64,000 nt of DNA, taken from the NCBI GenBank assembly GCA_963696385.1, contig CAVOKF010000004.1:512001-576000 (forward strand). The letters run 5' to 3'. The notes beneath the pieces were generated by a model. That model searched no databases, was not told where the DNA came from, and was given only the letters and a program-made list of their open reading frames with translations. Below, piece after piece: positions 57,548 to 64,000 of the stretch (the stretch's first letter is position 1; every line of letters begins with the position of its first letter). The position numbers and the translations under genes are program-made. This stretch comes from an uncultured delta proteobacterium. Its GTDB lineage: Bacteria; Myxococcota_A; Polyangia; Polyangiales; Polyangiaceae.

Positions 57548-58859
57548 TCGCGGGCGTGCTCGCCTGGAAAACCGACTTGAGCAGCGCAGGTGTAACCAGC
57601 GTCGTTGCGATGACGACGCAAACGAGCGCCGAGTAAAGCGGCCGATCCAGCAGAGGCTGGCCGCCGATGACGATCGATCCACCGATGCTCGCGTAAATCA
57701 GCGTCACTTCTCCGCGCGGGATCATCCCCACGGCGACCGGCATTCGGCGGACTCCCGAGGCACCGACCGCGCACGCGAGCTTGCCGAGGACTGCAGCCAG
57801 CGTGAGCGCGGCGGCGACACCCAGCGCGGGTCCGGAGGCGAGAGCACGCAGGTCGACGCGAGCCCCCATGACGACGAAAAAGACAGGGACGAGGAACGAC
57901 GAGACCGGTTCGACCAGCTCGCGCAGCGATCGCTCGCCGCGAGCGACGAAACGCGCCGAGTGGAAGTCTTCGAGAATCAATCCGGCCGTAAACGCTCCCA
58001 CGATCGGGGCAAGGCCGAGGGCATCGGCGACCCACGCGTGCACGAAACATAGGGCGAGCCCGATCGCGACCAGCGCGCCGCTCGTTCGCAGTCTCGCGAT
58101 GGCCGCGAAGAGAAGCGGGGCGGTACGCGAGCCGACGAGGAATGCGACACAGAAGAACGCAGTGGCTTTTGCTAGGGTCGCAGCGAGCGTCGCGATCGAC
58201 GGACTGCCGAACGCCCCCGCGGCAGAGACCGATCCGGTGACGAGCGTGAGAATGAGGAGGCCCAGAACATCATCGATGATCGCGGCGCCGAGGATGACGC
58301 GCGACTCCGGGGTTGCGGTCTTGCCGAGGTCTTTGAGCACGCGCGCCGTGACTCCCACGCTGGTCGCGGTAAGCGCGGCGCCGATGAAAACGTGCGAATA
58401 CATGCTGGCACCGCGGCGGACCGCTCCGGCGACCAACCAGCCGCACGCGAAGCTGAAGACCGTTCCGCAGATCGCCACGGCGAGCGCTGTGCGCCCGACG
58501 GCGAAGACCTCTCGCGCGGTGAGTTCGAGCCCCACGTCGAACAAGAGCACGAGCGCGCCAAGGCGTGCGATCATGTCGATCGACGGATCGTCCGGTAGCC
58601 TGAGCCCGCCGAGCCCGGGCAGATTTCCGAGGACCACTCCGGCCAAAAGCTCGCCCAGCACGGCCACCTGGCCGAGTCGAATAGCGGCGTGACCGCACAC
58701 GTTGGCGGCAACGAGAATGAGCGCGAGACCGAGAGCGACGGGCGCCACGCGATCGGCTGGCCCCGCCGCGGCCCGCGCCGCGGTTGGCAGCAGCGTCATG
58801 ACGACGGCCGCGCACCACGCCATCACCCTGTGCAATCTCCCCCGAACCAGCCGGACCAT
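57516..58859 (-). CDS. Cation:proton antiporter (CPA2, NapA/KefB-like)
   Basis: VLGELLAGVVLG, ATSVGVTARVL, AAIIDDVLGL, GAFTAGL, MIPRGEV. Start is uncertain. Confidence 0.9.
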   Translation of the reverse strand: MVRLVRGRLHRVMAWCAAVVMTLLPTAARAAAGPADRVAPVALGLALILVAANVCGHAAIRLGQVAVLGELLAGVVLGNLPGLGGLRLPDDPSIDMIARLGALVLLFDVGLELTAREVFAVGRTALAVAICGTVFSFACGWLVAGAVRRGASMYSHVFIGAALTATSVGVTARVLKDLGKTATPESRVILGAAIIDDVLGLLILTLVTGSVSAAGAFGSPSIATLAATLAKATAFFCVAFLVGSRTAPLLFAAIARLRTSGALVAIGLALCFVHAWVADALGLAPIVGAFTAGLILEDFHSARFVARGERSLRELVEPVSSFLVPVFFVVMGARVDLRALASGPALGVAAALTLAAVLGKLACAVGASGVRRMPVAVGMIPRGEVTLIYASIGGSIVIGGQPLLDRPLYSALVCVVIATTLVTPALLKSVFQASTPAITSSGASRAP

Positions 58860-59066
58860 CTCGGGAGCGACACTAGGTTCGAAGGCAGGGTCTCCCACAG
58901 CGAAATCCGGCCGACGTCACCTTCTTTCCACTTCGCCCGCGGTCCAGCTGCCGTCGTGCGGTCGTCCGCTGCCTTGGCGTTGACTACGGATCGAGCCACG
59001 CTGCCGAGAGCGAGCCTAGCCTCTCACGAACGCCAGGCGTGCGACGCCGTGACCCGGCGCCTCGAA

Positions 59067-59819
59067 TCAGCGTCGACGCGGAGGTCGCGCCGGCGCGCTG
59101 GCATCGGGCACCATGAAGGGACTGGGCGGGGCGGGCAGCACGGGGGGCGGACCGGGTGTCGGGGGTGCAGGCGCCGCACTGCCGACTGGCTGAGCATCGC
59201 CGTACTCGCATTCCCACGTGGACTCTTCGCCGGACGCGACGCACGTGCACGTCGCGCACAATGCGCTAAGGCAAGCCATATACTGGCAGCCTGGCCAGGT
59301 TCCAACGTCCCCCGGGGTCGGCAGGAACGCCGGAAGGGGTGGGCATGCTGGCGCGCCGTTCGACGGGGGACATGATGCGCTTCCGCTCAGTCCCCCGTCG
59401 GCGCTAACGAAGCCCACGCCGACGCTCCCGCCGATGGCCACTCCGCTACCGCTGCTGACGCTGCCGCCCGCGCCGGCGCCGGTGGCGAGGGGCCCGCTGG
59501 CATTGCCGGTGCCCGCGCTGCCGCCGGAGGGCCCGCTGCCACTGTCCTCCGCACTGGCCCCGGTGGCGGAGGGCCCGCCGCCGCTGCCGCCGCTACTGAC
59601 CCCCGGAGCGTCGGGCGGCTGCACGGGCGCCAACCCCGTCCCGCTGTTGGCGCTCGTGCCAGCGGCTGACCCCAATTGCGACGCGCCGCCGGCCGATGCA
59701 GTGTCGCCGGTCGCAACGTTCGGACCGAGGCCGCCTGGCTGCTCTTCGGAGCCGGGAGTCACGAGGCCGCCGCAGGCCACAAACAGGCTCAGAGCCAGCC
59801 CCGTGATCGCCCTCTTCAT
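59067..59819 (-). CDS. Gly/Ser-rich lipoprotein with C-terminal Cys-rich module
   Basis: MKRAITGLALSLFVAC; CQYMACLSALCATCTC...WEC; Pro-rich tail. Confidence 0.75.
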   Translation of the reverse strand: MKRAITGLALSLFVACGGLVTPGSEEQPGGLGPNVATGDTASAGGASQLGSAAGTSANSGTGLAPVQPPDAPGVSSGGSGGGPSATGASAEDSGSGPSGGSAGTGNASGPLATGAGAGGSVSSGSGVAIGGSVGVGFVSADGGLSGSASCPPSNGAPACPPLPAFLPTPGDVGTWPGCQYMACLSALCATCTCVASGEESTWECEYGDAQPVGSAAPAPPTPGPPPVLPAPPSPFMVPDASAPARPPRRR

Positions 59820-59984
59820 CGCCCAAGCATAGCGCCTTTTGCGCAGTGCACATCTTTGTGGGTGTGGAGCGGAGCTCCGGAAAAGGGCGCTCTGCGCGGC
59901 AGAGCTGATCCGATCGACATTGCCCGACACTTGCGGCATCATCTGCGTCCGCTGGCCGGACAGGGTTAGAACGAGGGACCTGCG

Positions 59985-60668
59985 ATGCCATCGGAGCATA
60001 CGAGCCGCGATTTCGAGACCGAGCTTCGCGAGGTGCGCTCGCGCACGAGTCAGATGGGTGCGCGCTGCGAGCGTGCCTTGGCGCTTGCGATCGACGTCAT
60101 GTCCCAAGGCACCGCTGACTCGTCGGGGCAAGCGCAAGAGCTCGAGGCCCAAATAGATCGGGACGAAGTCGACCTCACAGCGCTGGTGGTTCGCGTCCTC
60201 GCCCTGCGGCAACCGCTCGCGCGCGACCTGCGGCTATTGACGGCGACGCTGAAACTCGTCACGGATCTGGAGCGCATCAGCGACGAGGCAAGCCACATCG
60301 CAAAGCGTGCGATAGAGGAGCCCGCGAAGACCAGGTTGCTGGCTCGCGACGAGCTCGGGCCGATGGTCGCCCGCACGCAGCAGACGCTGCGGAGCGCCCT
60401 TCATGGGTTCTTCGACGAGGACCTCCCGAGTGCCGAGAGCACCCTCGCGAGTGGCGACGCCGTGCACGAGCAATACAACGCCGTCGTAGCCGAAATGAGC
60501 GATCGAATGGCGAAAGGGTCCGCCGATGTCGTGAGCGGCGTGCTCGTCATCCGGATCGCCAAGCACCTCGAACGTATCGCCGGCTACGCGACGAGCGTTG
60601 CCGAGGAAGCCATTTTCCTCGTGCGCGGCGAGTGTGTTCGCCATTACCGAGCCAGTTCTCCGGCGTGA
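59985..60668 (+). CDS. phoU: Phosphate signalling protein PhoU
   Basis: HTSRDFETEL, LRQPLARDLR, DLERISD, KHLERIAGYA..VAEEAIFLVRG. Confidence 0.9.
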   Translation: MPSEHTSRDFETELREVRSRTSQMGARCERALALAIDVMSQGTADSSGQAQELEAQIDRDEVDLTALVVRVLALRQPLARDLRLLTATLKLVTDLERISDEASHIAKRAIEEPAKTRLLARDELGPMVARTQQTLRSALHGFFDEDLPSAESTLASGDAVHEQYNAVVAEMSDRMAKGSADVVSGVLVIRIAKHLERIAGYATSVAEEAIFLVRGECVRHYRASSPA

Positions 60669-60747
60669 AGCGCGAATGCCGATCGCTCGCCGCGTTCGAG
60701 ATCCCTCGCTCCGATGACCGGGGACGAAGGGGTCGGATCTCTCGCTC

Positions 60748-62175
60748 TCATCTCTCGAACGCGCGCTGAAGTTTGGCTATGGCTGCCGGCGGTCCCCGGA
60801 CACGCAGTCGGGCAGAGCCTTCCTCGTAGTCCTCCGCGATGACCCGGGCGTTCTCGTACACCTCGGCGAGCAAGCCCTGCTTGTCGTAAGGCACGACGAG
60901 CTCCGCTTCCACCATCGACGCCTCGAAGAAGGTGATCATCGCCTGGCGCAGCAAACGGACGTCGTTCGCGTCGTGAGCCGACAGAACCATGGCGCCCTGA
61001 GCCTCGTAGGGCCCGAGTGCCCGTCTCGCTTCGGCGCCGAGACGGTCGGCCTTGTTCAACAGGAGTCTACTTGGGACGCGGTCGGCGCCGATATCCCGAA
61101 GCACGTTGCGCGTCACTTCGAGCTGCGCGCCCCATGTGGGGTCGGTGGCGTCCACAACGTAGAGAAGCAGGGACGCTTCGAGTGCCTCGTCGAGAGTCGA
61201 TCGAAAGGACGCCACGAGGTCGTGCGGCAACTTCTTGATGAATCCTACGGTGTCGGACACCAAAATGCGTGGCTTCGTCTCGGGGTGAAGTGCGCGCACG
61301 GTGGTGTCGAGCGTCGCGAACAGCTTGTCCTCGACCAGCACCTCGCTGTCGGTCAGGGCGCGCATCAGCGAGGATTTGCCCGCGTTGGTGTACCCGACGA
61401 GCGCGACTCGGAGCTGATCTCTGCGCGCCGAGCGCCGATGGTCTTGCTCCCTTTGAAGAGCGGCCAGTTGCTCGCGCAACTCCGCGATGCGGTCCCGAAT
61501 CTTGCGGCGATCGAGCTCGATGGCTGCCTCTCCGGCGCCTTTGCCCCGCTGACGTTCCTTGCCGCCGCTCGCTTCGCGCATCCTCGGCGCGACGTAGTTG
61601 AGCCGTGCGATCTCGACCTGCAATCGCGCTTCGCGGCTGCGCGCGTGCCGATGGAAAATATCGACGATCACTCCGGTCCGATCGAGCACCTGGGCGCCCG
61701 TGGCGCGTTCGAGATTGCGTGCCTGACTCGGCGTAATCTCGTGATCGACGACGACGACCGTGGCCTTATCGGGAACGTTGCTATCGTCATCGCCGCCACC
61801 GCCCGGGACCGCGCGGGAGTCGGCGCCCGCTTGCGAAGATTTGACGTTGCGGTCGCGCAGGGCCCACCGGGTGCGCGCCTTGGTCTTGATCTCGGGCGCG
61901 CCGGACGGGACGACGCCCTTGCCCCCCGTGATCTCGGCGAGATCTCTCAGCTTGCCTTCGCCCACGACCGCCGCGGCGGCGAGAGCGTCCCGCCGCTGTG
62001 AGACGGTCGCGACGACCTCGAAGCCGAGCGTCTGGACGAGGCGGCCCAGCTCTTCGAGATCCGAGGCGTGCTCCGCATCCTCCACGCCAGGAAGCTGGAC
62101 GCCGACGAGCACGGCGCGCGGACGTGACGCGCTCGCGCCGTGTACGTGCCGAGCGGACACGGGGCTCGATGGCAT
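60748..62175 (-). CDS. hflX: GTPase HflX
   Basis: DRTGVIVDIF, LQVEIARL, GYTNAGKSS, DKLFATLDT, DTVGF, NKAD. Confidence 0.95.
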   Translation of the reverse strand: MPSSPVSARHVHGASASRPRAVLVGVQLPGVEDAEHASDLEELGRLVQTLGFEVVATVSQRRDALAAAAVVGEGKLRDLAEITGGKGVVPSGAPEIKTKARTRWALRDRNVKSSQAGADSRAVPGGGGDDDSNVPDKATVVVVDHEITPSQARNLERATGAQVLDRTGVIVDIFHRHARSREARLQVEIARLNYVAPRMREASGGKERQRGKGAGEAAIELDRRKIRDRIAELREQLAALQREQDHRRSARRDQLRVALVGYTNAGKSSLMRALTDSEVLVEDKLFATLDTTVRALHPETKPRILVSDTVGFIKKLPHDLVASFRSTLDEALEASLLLYVVDATDPTWGAQLEVTRNVLRDIGADRVPSRLLLNKADRLGAEARRALGPYEAQGAMVLSAHDANDVRLLRQAMITFFEASMVEAELVVPYDKQGLLAEVYENARVIAEDYEEGSARLRVRGPPAAIAKLQRAFER

Positions 62176-62393
62176 CGACCGTGCGTCGTAGCACGTTGCC
62201 AACAAACGGCCGCTGCACCACAAGGCTACCGAGCGAAAGAGAGACCCGTTCGCCGAATCGCCAGTCGACGTCGCGCTCGAGCAGGGGCCCCGGACGCGAA
62301 GGGAGCCTGCCGAATGCCAGGACGACATAGCCCCGTCGAGTCGCACCGCCGGGAGCACGCGTTACCGGCACCCACGACCCCGCTGCAGCGCTC

Positions 62394-63693
62394 TCAGTCG
62401 TGCCGCAAGCGGTCGAGCACCGCGAAGAAGTCGGGGAAGGTCTTGGAGACGGTCGAAGGATTTCGGATGCGAATCCCGGGCGCCGCGAGTGCCGTAACGG
62501 CGAAGCTCATGGCCATGCGGTGGTCCTCGTACGTTTCGATATCGGTCGCCCGCGGAGTTCCCGGGTAAACAATGAACCCGTCCTCCTCTTCCTCGGCGGT
62601 GATTCCCATTCGCCGCAGCTCCGTCACGACTGCCGCAACGCAATCCGTCTCTTTTCGGCGAATGAAGCCGATGCCTGTGACGCGGGTCGGACCCACGGCG
62701 AATGGTGCTATCGCAGCCAGCGTCTGCGCGGTGTCCGACAGGTTCGACATGTCGGCTTCGATCCCAGAAAGCTTGCCCGGGCCGGTCACTTCGGTCTCGC
62801 TTTCGGTCTGGCGCACGCGACAGCCCATTCGTTCGAGCAACCGGACGAACGCGGAGATCACCCTGCAGCGATCGCGTCCCCAACCCCGGTACGACCACGC
62901 GTCCGCCCGTCACAGCCGCGGCTGCAAAAAAATACGAGGCCGCAGACGCGTCGGGCTCGACGTCGTAAATGGCGCCCGCATAGTGGCCCGGGTCGACTTC
63001 GAACCGGTGAAAGCCTTCGCGCCGGAGCGTCACGCCGAAGGCCGCCATGGCCTGCGCCGTAACTTCGATATACGGCTTGGAGACGAGATCCCCCTCGACA
63101 TCGAGGGTCACTCCGAGCCGGGTGCACGGAGCGACCATGAGCAGTGCGCTGAAGTACTGGCTGCTCACCCCGCCCGTGATTCGAGCCGTCCCACCATGGA
63201 AGCCCGAGCCCTCGACGCGAATGGGCGGGCAGCCATTGGCGCGAATGCTCGTGGCCTTCGCACCCAGACTCTGCAGCGCGTCGAGCAGGGGTTGGAGGGG
63301 GCGCTTTCGCATGGCCTCGTTTCCGTCGAGTTCGTAGACGCCCCGGCCGAGGGCCATGACGGGTGTGAGAAAGCGTGCGGTGGTTCCGGAGTTACCGACG
63401 AATACGGAGGCTCGATCGACGGCGATCCGACCGCCGCTGCCCGTCACGTCGAAGCGCCGCATAGCCTCGTGCGGGACGACGCCGATCCCGAGCGCTTGGA
63501 GGCCGCGCGCCATGTGCATTGTGTCGTCGCTGAAGAGCGCGCCGTTGAGCATCGAGGGCCCTTGCGCAAGAGCCGCCAGGACGAGCGCGCGGTTCGTGTA
63601 GCTCTTCGACCCCGGCGGGCGAACGCTGCCCTCGATGGGCCAATCTTGGACTTGAATCGAAAGGAGGTCGGGTAGATTGGGGCGGGCAGGCAC
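62394..63693 (-). CDS. aroA: 3-phosphoshikimate 1-carboxyvinyltransferase (EPSP synthase), 1-nt frameshift near 62853
   Basis: PGSKSYTNR, GNSGTTARF, SSQYFSALL, SKPYI, EPDASAASYF | KETD, DHRMAM, KTFPDF. Removing one base gives LQGDLAFVRLLERMG. Confidence 0.93.
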
Positions 63694-64000
63694 GTTTGCT
63701 CGTACGATAGCGACCCGGCACCGTCGGCGGTAGGCTCGCGCGCGCGCGAGCCCGCCGCCCGCGTGCGCGTGCGAATCGCCAGCACTCGCCCCGTCCGCGT
63801 TCGGCGATACGGTGGCGCCGCGGTTCGTCGAGCGCGCACGCTAGCTCGCAAGTCGACGTTGTGCCAATCTCCAAGACGTTGGTGCGGCCGCTTGCGCCGT
63901 CGCGGTCGGTCGACGCAGCTGGACCCGCTTGTTGGTGGTGCGGTATGCGGTTCCCATGAGCATTCGCGCGCGTATGCCGCGTGTCACCTGCGTCGCGTGC

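Noticed and set aside
62394..63693. aroA as a true pseudogene
   Set aside because: Both halves keep all conserved motifs; a single indel matches the pattern of the other two frameshifts.

Overview
High-GC genomic DNA whose gene content points to Myxococcota, probably Polyangiaceae-like: a MYXO-CTERM-type tail, DUF1592/DUF1552 pairs, a kinase-TPR/PEGA module and many Cys-rich lipoproteins. The taxonomy is an inference. About 50 real genes can be supported; most other ORF-track entries are shadow frames. Recognisable genes include maeA, ilvE with a divergent MocR regulator, a pilT-like ATPase, phoU, hflX, aroA, bcp, an encapsulated ferritin with its encapsulin, YceI/PadR and a GH45 glucanase. 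The most unusual parts are: (1) a tightly coupled operon at 1-6924 encoding a small acidic exported protein, a GT28-like enzyme, a ~1255-aa GT28-GT4-radical SAM-SPASM fusion and a second radical SAM/SPASM protein; (2) a sigma70 promoter followed by a highly structured ~150-nt leader, a small basic 'RARMxxTxESY' protein and a methyltransferase (11257-12638); (3) two haem-c lipoprotein (DUF1592) + Tat-exported DUF1552 modules, one downstream of an ECF/FecR system and an SGNH-fold protein lacking its catalytic Ser; (4) a D-[AGS]-[GAS] motif recurring across most exported proteins. Three single-base frameshifts (SGNH-fold gene, encapsulin, aroA) look like sequencing indels. No rRNA, tRNA, CRISPR array or intact mobile element was seen. 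Family calls come from motif recognition only; no searches were run.
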